From the NCBI GenBank assembly GCA_000092065.1, contig CP000588.1: a stretch of 64,000 bases of DNA; one strand, 5' to 3'. The DNA comes from Ostreococcus lucimarinus. Its lineage: Eukaryota. Shown here piece by piece: positions 17,721-27,902 of this stretch; within the stretch, counting starts at the first letter, position 1; each line of letters starts with the position of its first letter. The notes under the pieces were generated by a model. The model had not been told where the DNA came from. It was given only the letters and a program-made list of their open reading frames with translations, and searched no databases. The translations under genes and the position numbers were made by a program.

Positions 17721-18023
17721 TCAAATCGCCCCCCCGTCCTCCGCCAAGAACGGGTTCGCGATCTCCTCCATCGAGTCCAGCGCCGACACCACCATCACGC
17801 TCGTCCCTCTGCACACCAACAGCCCGAGCGCCCTGGTCTCGTCCGAGATCTTCAGCGCGTCCTCCGCGTCCCTGAGATGTTCGATCGCCTCGTCGAGGAC
17901 GAGATTCAGCAGCTGATCGTACCCTTTGAGCGTCCCCGTGACCTCGCGACCGCCGCTGAGCTTGACGCGCACGCCGCGATCGATGAACCGCGCGAGGTCC
18001 AGCACCGTCTCCTTCGGCGGCAT
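17721..18023 (-). CDS. LSM7: Sm-like protein LSm7
   Basis: The segment LDLARFIDRGVRVKLSGGREVTGTLKGYDQLLNLVLDEAIEHLRD...LGLLVCRGTSVMVV is an Sm fold and aligns closely with LSm7. Start placed at MPPKETV (ATG at 18023). Confidence 0.85.
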   Translation of the reverse strand: MPPKETVLDLARFIDRGVRVKLSGGREVTGTLKGYDQLLNLVLDEAIEHLRDAEDALKISDETRALGLLVCRGTSVMVVSALDSMEEIANPFLAEDGGAI

Positions 18024-18421
18024 CGCGACGCGTCGTCGAGTGCCGCGCCGCGCCCGCGCGGGCGTTCGGAAAAGGCGCGCCCGCGCGTCCGCCGACGGCA
18101 CACCGCGCCGGTCGACGGCGCGCGCGCATGTCCATCGCGTTTCGAGCGCGAACGTCGAGCGCGGTCGTCGGCGTCGCCTGCGCGCTGTGCGCGGCGTCGC
18201 ACGTGCGAGTCGTCGACGCGCGGACGGCGCGGGACGTGTTCGGGACGGCGCGAGACGCCTCGACGTCGAGCGAGACGCCGGGCGAGCGCGGGGAGGCGAT
18301 CCTCGGCCGGGCGGCGCGAAGGGAGATCGGGCGCGCGTGGAACGCGGCGATCGACGGCGCGTTCGGGGCGGGCGTGAGAGCGCTGAGCGAGCGAAAGTTG
18401 TGAGGGACGCGTTTTCGGACG

Positions 18422-19864
18422 ATGGCGCTCGCGGCGCGCGCGACGATCGGCGCGACGCGGTGGACGAACGAGCGGACGATGACGAGTCGCGGACGCGCGC
18501 GCGCGAGCGATCGTCGCGCGCGGGGCGCGGTGGTGGCTTCGGGGAAGATTGATTTCACGGACGCTGGGTGTTTCGAGCTGCCGTACGCGCCGGTGGCGGA
18601 GGCGTTGCTTCCGGAGGGGCCGTGGAAGGTTGTCGAAGGCGGCGTGTGCGCGGCGAAGGGATTTAAAGTCGCGGGATATAAGGCGGGATTGCGCGCCAAG
18701 GGCACGCGCGCCGACTGCGCGCTCATCGTCGCGGACGAAGACGCGACGTGCGCGGGGATTTTTACGACAAACATCATGTGCGCCGCGCCGGTGACGTACT
18801 GTAAGAAACAGTTGGCGGGGAAACCGACGGCGCGAGCGCTGTTGATCAACGCTGCACAAGCGAACGCCGCAACAGGTGATCAGGGCGCTGCGGACGCGCA
18901 AGCGACCGCGGAGGAGTTGTCGAAATCCCTCGGCGTCGCCGAGGAGGACATTTTACTCATGTCCACGGGCGTCATTGGCAAGCGAATTAAGCTGGACAAA
19001 CTCATGCCAGCGATTCCGATTTTGTCCGCGAACGTGGAAAGTAGTACTGCGGCGGCAAACGCGGCGGCGACCGCGATATGCACCACCGATCTCGTGCGAA
19101 AGACGGTCGCGATTGAAGTGCAAATTGGCGGTAAAACCGTTTGCATGGGCGGCATGGCCAAGGGGAGCGGGATGATTCATCCAAATATGGCGACCATGCT
19201 CGGCGTAGTGACGTGCGATGCGGACGTGACGCCCGAAGTTTGGCGTAACATCACCTCCCGCGCCGGGGCGGCGTCTTTCAATCAAATCTCCGTCGATGGC
19301 GATACGAGCACGAACGATTCTTTGGTGTGTTTCGCCAGTGGCAAAGCCGGCAACGCCAAAATCACGAGCGTCGATTCTGCCGAAGGCAAGCTTCTCGAAC
19401 AAGCACTCACCGCGGTCTGCCGCGGTCTCGCCAAAGCCATCGCTTGGGACGGTGAAGGTGCGACGTGTTTGATCGAGTGCAACGTCTCTGGAGCCGCAGA
19501 CGACGAAGACGCGCGCGTCATTGCGCGTTCCGTCGTCTGTTCCTCGCTCGCTAAGGCAGCCATCTTCGGACACGATCCAAACTGGGGGCGATTGGCTTGC
19601 GCTGCGGGGTACGCCGCGCCGGTGAAGAACAGATTCGATCAAAATGATCTCAAGCTCTCACTCGGCCCGCACCAGCTCATGGATAAAGGTCAACCGCTCG
19701 ATTTCGACGCCGTCGCCGCCAGCCGATACCTCAAGGAAGTCACCGGCGTTCACGGCACGTGCGTCGTCGACATCTCCGTCGGCAACGGATCTGGCCGAGG
19801 CCAAGCCTGGGGCTGCGACTTATCGTACGATTACGTCAAAATCAACGCCGAATACACGACGTAG
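18422..19864 (+). CDS. ARGJ: Bifunctional glutamate N-acetyltransferase / ornithine acetyltransferase (ArgJ), with transit peptide
   Basis: The self-cleavage/nucleophile motif PNMATMLGVVTCDA is present. Also seen: KGFKVAGYKAGL, GIFTTN and GKAGNAKI. Length is 480 aa. Confidence 0.9.
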   Translation: MALAARATIGATRWTNERTMTSRGRARASDRRARGAVVASGKIDFTDAGCFELPYAPVAEALLPEGPWKVVEGGVCAAKGFKVAGYKAGLRAKGTRADCALIVADEDATCAGIFTTNIMCAAPVTYCKKQLAGKPTARALLINAAQANAATGDQGAADAQATAEELSKSLGVAEEDILLMSTGVIGKRIKLDKLMPAIPILSANVESSTAAANAAATAICTTDLVRKTVAIEVQIGGKTVCMGGMAKGSGMIHPNMATMLGVVTCDADVTPEVWRNITSRAGAASFNQISVDGDTSTNDSLVCFASGKAGNAKITSVDSAEGKLLEQALTAVCRGLAKAIAWDGEGATCLIECNVSGAADDEDARVIARSVVCSSLAKAAIFGHDPNWGRLACAAGYAAPVKNRFDQNDLKLSLGPHQLMDKGQPLDFDAVAASRYLKEVTGVHGTCVVDISVGNGSGRGQAWGCDLSYDYVKINAEYTT

Positions 19865-20007
19865 GTAGCATCGTTCGTTCACGACTCGCTCGTGACAGTT
19901 TTTAATCCAAAGCCGAAACGATTTTTGAGCTCGTCGCTCTCGCACTGCACGCGTCCGAGCCGCTCGCGACCGCACCATTACGCGTCGCGATCGCGTTCGC
20001 GCGCGCG

Positions 20008-21648
20008 ATGGCGCCTAGGCCGCGGGCGACGATCACTTTCTACAACGAGCGATGCCAAATCGCGTCCGCGAGCGACGTCGGCGACGCGTCGTCGTCTAAA
20101 CGTGGCGCTTCGCGCGGCGGCTCGCTCATCCCGCTGCCACTGCTCGAACGACGTCCGGGCGCTTCCAGAGCGACGCTGCGGTACGCATGCGTGGACGGCA
20201 AGCTGCGCGTGATGCGATTGAACGAGTACGACGACGCCGAACGCGGGAACGGAGGGCAAAGGATGGACAAGGCGCTGCGGGACGCCGCGCGACGGTGCGT
20301 CGAACGCGCGCAGCACGCGTTGCTTCCGGAACCGTCGAGCGTGACGAACGATTACTGGGAGTACGCCAAGTTTAGGTTCGCGCAACGCATCGCGTCAAGC
20401 TGTATTTCGGTGTTCGCGACGCAGCAAATGCTCACGGCGGTCGGATTGGGGGCGAGTCGCACGCTGCCGGCGGCGGCGGCGGTGAACTGGGTATTGAAGG
20501 ATGGTTTAGGACGTTTGGGGAAACTCTCGGTGGCGGCAAACTTTGGGAGAACGTTCGATAGTGACGTGAAACGGTTCCGATTCACATCGAGCGTCGTATA
20601 CGACGCGAGCTCGTTCATAGAGATTATCACTCCGTACTTTCCGCAGCACTTCTTACCCTTGGCGACGGTGGCAAACATTGGAAAGTCAGTCGGTATCACC
20701 ACGGCGAACGTCGTTCGCGCGCCCATACAGAGAACATTCATTCTGGAGGAAAACTTGGCCGAAGTCGCGGCGAAGACGAGCGCACAGCAAGTATTGGCGG
20801 ATAACATCGGCTTGGCTCTTGCTGTCGGCGCCGCCAAGGCGGTTTCCAAAGTCGCCACAGTGAGACCCGAGATTCGACGCGCGTTGCCCGTCTTCGCGTT
20901 CGGGCCTCTTGCCGCGCTCGACTTGATTTGCATCTACAAGGAACTCAAAGCGGTCCAGCTGCGAACCATCAATAAGGAGCGCGCTGAGATCATCGCCGAG
21001 GCTTTCGTGAAGGAACGCGAAATTCCGAGCAGAGCACACGTCGCTGACGCCGAAAGGTTATTTATACCGGCTCGCTTGGATAAATCCAACCTGCCATTAT
21101 CCGTAACTTCTATTGGCGAGGCGTGCCCCACGCCAAAGTCGCTCATCAACGCTCTGTCGAGTAAAAAAGGACGCGGCGCGGCGCGACCATACATCTTAGC
21201 GTATGAACCTGGTGCGTCAAAAAAGCGCGTCATCCTGAACGGGCGAAGGATCAGCGCTCCGAAGCAGCGAGCGAACGGAAGGCAAAAGAATGGAAGGAAG
21301 TTCAGATTCCCTTGGCACCGCAAGCGAACGGGTCTGAAAGGTCGTGCTTTACTCGCTTTGAGTGACAAAGCTTCAAGTAAGGATGTCTTGTGTGCAATTC
21401 TTCAGGTCGCGCACATGCGTTCGTTGCCTTATCGACCAGACTTGACCGCCGATGAGGCTTACGTGTGGGCTCTACAGGAATCCGAAACCTTAGCCAGGCG
21501 CGACATTGACGGATTCACCGCTGATTTGAGCAAACAAGGCTGGAATCACGAGCGCATACTTCTCAGTTCAGCCGAGCGTGCGCCGTACTCTGTCAACAAT
21601 GTGCCAGCGCTTCTCGACGCACTCCGCGCGAGCGAGCGCGATTCTTAG
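20008..21648 (+). CDS. DUF647 / ROOT UV-B SENSITIVE (RUS) family protein
   Basis: FATQQMLTAVGLGASRTLPAAAAVNWVLKDGLGRLGKL aligns with the RUS1 core (LSTQALLSAIGVGE...FQWFLRD..GMLG). Downstream hydrophobic segments are present. Confidence 0.65.
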   Translation: MAPRPRATITFYNERCQIASASDVGDASSSKRGASRGGSLIPLPLLERRPGASRATLRYACVDGKLRVMRLNEYDDAERGNGGQRMDKALRDAARRCVERAQHALLPEPSSVTNDYWEYAKFRFAQRIASSCISVFATQQMLTAVGLGASRTLPAAAAVNWVLKDGLGRLGKLSVAANFGRTFDSDVKRFRFTSSVVYDASSFIEIITPYFPQHFLPLATVANIGKSVGITTANVVRAPIQRTFILEENLAEVAAKTSAQQVLADNIGLALAVGAAKAVSKVATVRPEIRRALPVFAFGPLAALDLICIYKELKAVQLRTINKERAEIIAEAFVKEREIPSRAHVADAERLFIPARLDKSNLPLSVTSIGEACPTPKSLINALSSKKGRGAARPYILAYEPGASKKRVILNGRRISAPKQRANGRQKNGRKFRFPWHRKRTGLKGRALLALSDKASSKDVLCAILQVAHMRSLPYRPDLTADEAYVWALQESETLARRDIDGFTADLSKQGWNHERILLSSAERAPYSVNNVPALLDALRASERDS

Positions 21649-21787
21649 CAATAGAGTTGTAGTAAACTTTTGAAACGATTCGAAACGCGTTGGATTCGAA
21701 GCGCAGTAACGTGCATCTACTTCGCTTCCTGTCCGCGAGTTTGCGTGTGGTTCGATTCGCGCCGTTCGCCTCGGCCGACACCAGACC

Positions 21788-22057
21788 ATGGCGCCAAATG
21801 ACGAAGCCGTGCGCGAGGCTGCGAAAGCCGAGTGTCTCGACGCCGCCTTCTGGGGTGGCGTGCGCGGTGCGACGTACGGTCTCGCCGCGTCTGTTCCGAC
21901 CGTATTCGCGTTGAACCATCAGTTTCTCACCATCCGTCGCTTGACGGTTTCGGCGAAGACGGCGCTCATCGTCAGCCCGTTCTTCCTCGGGTTCTTTTTG
22001 AACAGTGAGTTAGAGCTTCATAGATGCGTGTTGAAACAGCGCGGGATCGAGCACTGA
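21788..22057 (+). CDS. Small hypothetical two-helix membrane protein (89 aa)
   Basis: An ORF in the 540-bp gap between the convergent RUS and AKR genes. It has two hydrophobic stretches (LAASVPTVFAL, LIVSPFFLGFFL). I recognise no family. Confidence 0.25.
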   Translation: MAPNDEAVREAAKAECLDAAFWGGVRGATYGLAASVPTVFALNHQFLTIRRLTVSAKTALIVSPFFLGFFLNSELELHRCVLKQRGIEH

Positions 22058-22186
22058 TCTGTTCGGGGCTCGCTTGAAGGTGATGTCGCAGATGACGAGT
22101 GAGACGCCTGGGACGTCGAGCGTTGTAGAGTTTTATAGAGTGGGATATGACCTTAGAATGTGTAACAAAAACTACTAATTCGTGAT

Positions 22187-23497
22187 TTAATTCGGCACCA
22201 AGTCGAGACCAGGTCTAGCGCACCCGCCGAGGAACGGATCGTCGAACGTAAAGTCGAACGCCGGGTGGTGGAATCGAACGCCACCGAGTTTCGGGCTCGG
22301 TTCGATGTCGTCGAGAAGTACTTTTTGCTTGTTCGTTAATCTGAACGTGCGAGCCTTCAAACATTCCGCGAGTGCGACCGGTGAAGTGGCATTAATGATG
22401 CACGGCACACCGCGCTGAATGGACCAACGCGTGAGCAGAGCTTCGGCGCTCTGAGGGTTCTTGGCGTCGGCGCACGCTTCGACGAGCTTGGCGTGCTTGG
22501 TGAGTTGCTCGTCACCGTTTGCGAGCGAAGTATGGGCGACGACCGTGAGACCATATCGTCGACAGACGCCGACAAGCTTGCGCTGCGCCAAAAGTGGGTG
22601 TAACTCGACCTCATTGACCGCAGGTTTTACGGTACAGTGCTTCATCAAACGCTCCACCGCGGGCACCGAAAAGTTGGCGACGCCGAGCGCTTTCACTTTG
22701 CCAGCCGCCACGCAATTCTCCATCGCGGTCCACGTCGCTTCCAAACTTCCTTCGGAGTCCACTTCGGTGGTTCCAGCCTTGTGCTGCACCGGCCACTCGA
22801 TGGAGAACAAATCCAAATAATCCGTTCCCAACGCGGCGAGAATCGTCGCGAGCGCGCCTTCAACGTTAGCGTGCTCGTCGGGGCGCAACTTGGCACTGAC
22901 GAACACGCTCTCGCGCGCGCCGTGCGCAGCAATCGCCTTACCAGCTTCAGTGAGCGCCGCATCGTTCGAAGATCCGCATCGAACGTGCTTGACCCCATTC
23001 TCCAATCCAAATTTCGCCGCGCTCGAATCGCACCCCACCGTCGGCAGTCGTCCGCCGCCGACTACCGGCACATCCTTCGCCTCTTTCGCCGCATCGAACA
23101 CATCCTCCTCGGGTTCCTTGACGTAATACGGCGTTCCAGGCGCAGGCTTATTCGGATCACCTCTCGGCGCCGGTCCATCCCACACCGCCGTCGGGCGTCG
23201 CTGCGCGCCCCAGTTTTGCCCCGGCGGCGCCGACGCCCCTCCGCCTCGTCCCATCGCTTCCATCTGCGCTCGCGTCGGCGGATACGCCGGCAGCGTGGGA
23301 TTATATCCATTCACGTATCCGCTCACGCTGTACCCACCGTACGCGGGCGCTCGCGCGTTCGCGTTCGCGTCGTGTCCCGAGTTTGCGTTTCGGGACGATG
23401 GACAAAAAGCCCACGACTTTTGCGCGCTTCCCGCGCCGTGGCCGGCGAATTCCTTCTTCATGAACCGCTCCAGCGGTTGACATCCATCGCTCGCCAT
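22187..23497 (-). CDS. Aldo-keto reductase with a ~140-aa low-complexity N-terminal extension
   Basis: The C-terminal 300 aa have the AKR fold motifs (GTDYLDLFSIEWPVQ, LHPLLAQRKLV, IINATSP). The N-terminus is G/P/Y/N-rich (YGGYSVSGYVNGYNPTLPAYPP). Confidence 0.85.
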   Translation of the reverse strand: MASDGCQPLERFMKKEFAGHGAGSAQKSWAFCPSSRNANSGHDANANARAPAYGGYSVSGYVNGYNPTLPAYPPTRAQMEAMGRGGGASAPPGQNWGAQRRPTAVWDGPAPRGDPNKPAPGTPYYVKEPEEDVFDAAKEAKDVPVVGGGRLPTVGCDSSAAKFGLENGVKHVRCGSSNDAALTEAGKAIAAHGARESVFVSAKLRPDEHANVEGALATILAALGTDYLDLFSIEWPVQHKAGTTEVDSEGSLEATWTAMENCVAAGKVKALGVANFSVPAVERLMKHCTVKPAVNEVELHPLLAQRKLVGVCRRYGLTVVAHTSLANGDEQLTKHAKLVEACADAKNPQSAEALLTRWSIQRGVPCIINATSPVALAECLKARTFRLTNKQKVLLDDIEPSPKLGGVRFHHPAFDFTFDDPFLGGCARPGLDLVPN

Positions 23498-23710
23498 CGC
23501 GCGCGTCGTCGCTCGCGGTGTCGAGCGCGAGATTCGGCGAAAGTCGTCGAGTGACGCGCCGGTCGCGTCGTGACGTCGGGAGTGACGTCAGATTTAGAGA
23601 GGAGGCGGCGCGCGCGGTCCGACGAAGAGATCTCGCGCGATGCGCGCGAGCGACGGACGGTAAAGGATGCGAGTGATGGTGGATGATTAAAATCGTCACG
23701 GTTACGATGA

Positions 23711-24781
23711 CTAGTCCTCGATTTCGACGGTTTCGTCGTTGATTTGGTTGAGGTACAAATCGTAGTAGCGACCGGCGTTTTCTAAGTCGCCGAGCTCGGT
23801 GTAGAGATCCGCGATGGCGCCGAGGGCATCCATGTCCCCAGTGTTGTCGTCTAACTGCTGCGAAATGTTTAACACTTCCTTTAAGTCGGCGATGGCGCCG
23901 ACGCGGTCGCCGAGCTGACGCTTGGCGGCACCGAGACCTCGCGTAGCGCGGCGCACAGAGACCAAGTCACCGGTGACGCGCGCCAACATCAAAGACTTCT
24001 TAAATGCATTCAATGCGGCCGCGAATTCGTCGGCCCGCAAAAGCTTACGTCCCTCACGAAGAGCAAGCTTGAGCTCTTTCATGTCTTCCGACAGCGTGTC
24101 CCAGTCGTCTACGCTGGACATCGTGGCCGCGGCGGCTTTTGCCGCGCCCCCCCTGGCAGCTTCCAAAACCGACGCGTCGGTGCCCATGGAAGCTCTCGAC
24201 GTCGACATCAAACTCGCGTTAATCTTACGCAGCTTATCGTTCAACATCGTAATCTCCTCCTTCTTCTGATTCGCGGAAATCCCGCTCGCCACCGCACCCG
24301 CTAAAGCAACAAACTCTGTGATGCCGACGATGTCGATGCCAAACGGCGTCACGCACAGCGTCTTCCCCGCCAGCACTTGTTGTCTCGACTGCGCCTCACT
24401 CTCCTCCCGGAACTTGTTCAACTCTTCTTGCGCTTCACCTTCCTTCTCCCGTCTCAATTCCAACGCCTTCGCCTCCTCCGCTCGCAATTCACGATACAAC
24501 GCGTCGATGCGTTCGCGCGACTTCGCCTCCTCCTCCAGGCGTTTGGCCAAGAGTTCCTCCCCTGGTCCTTTCACCGCGCGCGCCGCGTCCGCGCCGAGCG
24601 TCATCGCCCCGAGCGTCACCGACGCGCTCAGGAGCGCCATCCGTCGTCCGCGTCGAGTTTCGTCGACGTTCGCGTCGTCTCTCGCCGTCGCCGTCGTCGT
24701 CGTCGTTTGGATCTTTTGCGTCTTTTGCGTCGTCGACGCGCGCACGACGGCGCTCAGCGACGCGCGCGAGGTGGCGAACAT
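23711..24781 (-). CDS. FLU: FLU (FLUORESCENT IN BLUE LIGHT) - TPR membrane regulator of tetrapyrrole synthesis
   Basis: The C-terminal TPR MDALGAIADLYTELGDLENAGRYYDLYL matches Arabidopsis FLU (EAYGAIADCYTELGDLEKAGKFYDTYI). A TM helix is followed by the coiled coil NQKKEEITMLNDKLRKINASL, which resembles FLU QRKGELQRLNEQLRQINAAL. Confidence 0.8.
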   Translation of the reverse strand: MFATSRASLSAVVRASTTQKTQKIQTTTTTATARDDANVDETRRGRRMALLSASVTLGAMTLGADAARAVKGPGEELLAKRLEEEAKSRERIDALYRELRAEEAKALELRREKEGEAQEELNKFREESEAQSRQQVLAGKTLCVTPFGIDIVGITEFVALAGAVASGISANQKKEEITMLNDKLRKINASLMSTSRASMGTDASVLEAARGGAAKAAAATMSSVDDWDTLSEDMKELKLALREGRKLLRADEFAAALNAFKKSLMLARVTGDLVSVRRATRGLGAAKRQLGDRVGAIADLKEVLNISQQLDDNTGDMDALGAIADLYTELGDLENAGRYYDLYLNQINDETVEIED

Positions 24782-25026
24782 GGCGATGCGCGCGCGTTAG
24801 TTGACGGACGTCGTCGTCGCGCGCGGCGGACGCGCGTGCGCTCTGAAGTCGCGCGCGTGCGCGATAAAGTGACGTACGCGGGCGGCGCCTTTGGATAAAG
24901 CTCGGCGCGCGCGGGACGGGACGACGGGACGGGTCGCGTTTGGTCGCTTGTGTTGTATTCATGAATTGGTGGGGAGCGCGCGAAGGCACACGCGCGATGC
25001 CGCGATTAAATGCTACCGGGCTCGGC

Positions 25027-25926
25027 TCAGGCGTCGTCGCGAGACTTGCGAAGAGCCTCGAGCTCGCTCTCGATGGCCTCGCTCACGGGACGGCCCTCGG
25101 GGAGGGCACCCTTGGAGCTGGCGCCGGGGAGGGATTTCTTCAAAGCTGCGAGTTCGTCGTCGACGCCGCCAGCCTCCAAAGCCTTGAACTGGGCCTCGAG
25201 GTTGTCGGGAGCGGCGAACACGCCCATGGCTTCGGCCTCAGCCTCCATGCCGAGCACCTTTTCTTCCATGCGCTCGAACGCGCCGAGCGCGGACGACGTC
25301 GACACTCCGCTCACCATATCGCTCACCGCTTTGTTCGTCTTCGCGCTCGCCGCGCGCGCCTTCAACGTATCCTTCTTACTCTTCGCCTCCGCCATCTTGC
25401 CCTCGAGCAAGCGCGTATTCGCGATCAATTTATCCACCGCTTCGCTCTGCGCGTCCAGGTTCGCCTTCATCGATTCGGCGTTCTCCGCGTACGACTTTCG
25501 TCTCGTCAGCGCTTCTCTCGCCAGGTCCTCGTCGCCTTTCTCCATCGCCAACTGCGCGCGCTTATACCAATCATCAGCCGCCTTCGTCGCCGCGTTATAC
25601 TTCGTCTCAAGCTGTTTCTGCGACGCCATCACCTGCGCCGTCGCCTGCCGCATCTTGATCAAATCCCCCTGCATCTCATTCACCGTCTGATCGAGAATCT
25701 TCTCCGGGTCTTCCGCCGCCGTGATCAGCGAGTTGGCGTACGACGAGATCACGCGCGTGAACCGGCTGAACAGGTTCGCGCGCGTCACCACGGCGCCTCG
25801 CGCGCGACGCGGCGCGCGCGCGGCGCACGAGATCGCACGATCTCGACGACGAAGCGTCGACGCGCCGTCTCGAAACGACGACGCCGTCAGCGCGGACGCG
25901 CGCGGCGCGGCGCGCGCGAGCGACAT
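25027..25926 (-). CDS. VIPP1: VIPP1 / PspA (IM30) vesicle-inducing protein in plastids, with transit peptide
   Basis: [57 protein letters not shown] is a PspA/VIPP1 helix and is nearly identical to plant VIPP1. Start placed at MSLARAAP. Confidence 0.9.
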   Translation of the reverse strand: MSLARAAPRASALTASSFRDGASTLRRRDRAISCAARAPRRARGAVVTRANLFSRFTRVISSYANSLITAAEDPEKILDQTVNEMQGDLIKMRQATAQVMASQKQLETKYNAATKAADDWYKRAQLAMEKGDEDLAREALTRRKSYAENAESMKANLDAQSEAVDKLIANTRLLEGKMAEAKSKKDTLKARAASAKTNKAVSDMVSGVSTSSALGAFERMEEKVLGMEAEAEAMGVFAAPDNLEAQFKALEAGGVDDELAALKKSLPGASSKGALPEGRPVSEAIESELEALRKSRDDA

Positions 25927-25930
25927 GGCG

Positions 25931-25955
25931 CGATGCGATGCGATGCGATGCGATG
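25931..25955. repeat. (CGATG)5 pentanucleotide microsatellite in the VIPP1/TCF25 divergent promoter/5'-leader region
   Basis: cgatgcgatgcgatgcgatgcgatg, seen directly. It lies about 90 bp upstream of the TCF25 ATG and immediately 5' of the VIPP1 ATG. Confidence 0.9.
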
Positions 25956-26046
25956 CGCGCCGTCGCGTGCGCGCGGTGCGTCGCGCTCGGATTCGCGCGC
26001 GGCGGAGTGCGGGCGCGGACGACGGCACAGCGCGGCGCGCGCGGCG

Positions 26047-26189
26047 ATGAGCGCGCGACAGCTTCGCGCGGCGCGGCGTCGCGAGGACGCGATCGCGGGC
26101 GTCGACGACGACGCGTCGGGGGCGGAGAGCGAGGACGCGGGCGCGGGCGCGGCGACGCGGGCGGGGAATCCGTTCGCCGCGCTGTTGGG

Positions 26190-26228
<39 letters not shown>

Positions 26229-27792
26229 GACGCGGGCGGCGGCGGAACCGACGCGGGAACCGACGCGGGAACCGACGAAGAAGGCGCGGAGGCGCGGAGG
26301 GAAGAAACGGGCGGGCAAGAGGGACGGCGGGGGGAGCGATGATGAATTTGACGCGCTCGTGCGAGAGGTGACGGGGCTGGACGTGTCGTCGGCGGCGGCG
26401 GAGAACGCGACGGTGAGTCGAGGGAAGAGCGGCGCGAAGGCGGCGTCGAGTTTGCTGTGCGTCGATATGCGCAATATGAAGGCGGAGGATGAGCTTAAAC
26501 GCATATTCGGTGGTAAAGTCATCAGCGCCGTGGAGGCGGAGGAGGTCGGTAGGCTAGGAGGGAGGACGGCGGCGTTTCGAGCAAAGCTGCAGCGGCGGTG
26601 CACGTTTAGCGCGTATCGCGACCAGTGGTCGACGTATCGAAGTGGGGGGTTGTATATGGTGACTTCTGGCGTCGTCGATGCCGAATCTGGGATGTCTGAC
26701 TTCTCTTTCGCTTGGAAAGATGACTACGCGCAGGCAAACTTTGACTTTGAAATCGCCGTCGGTTCGCACGACCCCAACCGGTTATTTAGTTTGTTGAACC
26801 ACTATCCGTGGCACTTAGAAACGCTGTTGCGGATATCCGAGCTCTATCATTACAGCGGACAAGCGCAAGAAAGCTCGGAAATTCTCGAAAGATGTTTGTA
26901 CGCGTGCGAAAGAGCTTGGCATCCGAATTTCACCGCCGCGGCTTCGAGTGGGCTTGCGCACTTGGATGCGTCGCAACCTGAAAACAAACCGATGTTCGAG
27001 GCACTGTTTCGGCACGTCATCGCGCTCACTCGTCGTGGATGTCACAAAACTGCGTTGGAATGCGCGAAACTATGCCTCGGATTGGACCACACTGACCCGA
27101 AAGGCATGCTACACATGATTTCGTACTTTGCACTCCGAAGCGGGGAAGAAGAGTGGTTGCTCAGATTTGTCGAAGATTTCGGGCACAAGCGTTGGGTCGG
27201 TGGGAAATGGGAATTGCATGGTAGCTTGCTCAACTTCCCAGACTTTGCATACAGCAAAGCCATGGCTCTGTACACCATCGCCGACGACATCAAAGTCGCT
27301 GATGCCGAGCTGTTGAAGGCGATGCTTACATATCCGTATGCCCTCACCGCGACACTCATGCGTCTCGAAGCCGCCGTCTCGAGCGACAAAGATTGGAAAG
27401 AAATCCTCGCGCATGAGCATTTCGATTTTTCCAACTGCGCGCTCGACTCCAGAAGTCTCGAACACGTGAGCGACATTTTCGCCACCCGCCACCATCTACT
27501 TTGGCGTCCAGATCCCATCTTACATTGGGCCAAGCGCGTCGCTCGCAGCGCTATCCAGCTCGTGGATTCCATGAAGCCCTCAGACATGATTGACGGACTG
27601 ACGGCTGCCGAATTCGTGACGATTTCCCTTCAAAACTGGCCCGCGAGTGAAGAAAATGATTTCACCCATCTCGTAGACGACGATTTCACCGACGTCGTCA
27701 AGCGCGCCCTTCCCGAGGACGATCCCTTGGCTGCGCGCGGACCAAACGACCCGGATCATTTCTCCGACGACGACGACGGGGACGAATTTTAG
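26047..27792 (+). CDS. TCF25: TCF25 / Rqc1-family protein (ribosome quality control)
   Basis: Three segments align with human TCF25: [17 protein letters not shown] vs RHLNPDTELKRYFG; [15 protein letters not shown] vs ERALYSMECAFHPLF; and [36 protein letters not shown] vs [37 protein letters not shown]. The N-terminus is acidic/basic. ATG at 26047. Confidence 0.85.
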
Positions 27793-27902
27793 CTTTTAGC
27801 CTAGCGTTCATTCATTCGTGCTGCAAACCGTCGCGTCGATATTTCAACCGAGTCGACGTTGAAACCCTCAAGTGGTCCGCCGCATTCGCCGACGCCCGCG
27901 AC

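Noticed and set aside
17674-18901. Two long minus-strand ORFs (391 and 331 aa) and plus-strand ORFs around 17.7-18.9 kb
   Set aside because: They overlap the LSm7 gene and the ArgJ 5' end. Their composition (poly-R/A/G/S) is non-protein-like. Only the short LSm7 CDS has real similarity.
24940-26046. A 369-aa upstream extension of the TCF25 ORF
   Set aside because: In-frame read-through of GC-rich DNA that is antisense to the VIPP1 CDS. TCF25 similarity begins after the Met at 26047. ORFs 25010..25690 (+) and 25887..26603 (-) were rejected for the same reason.
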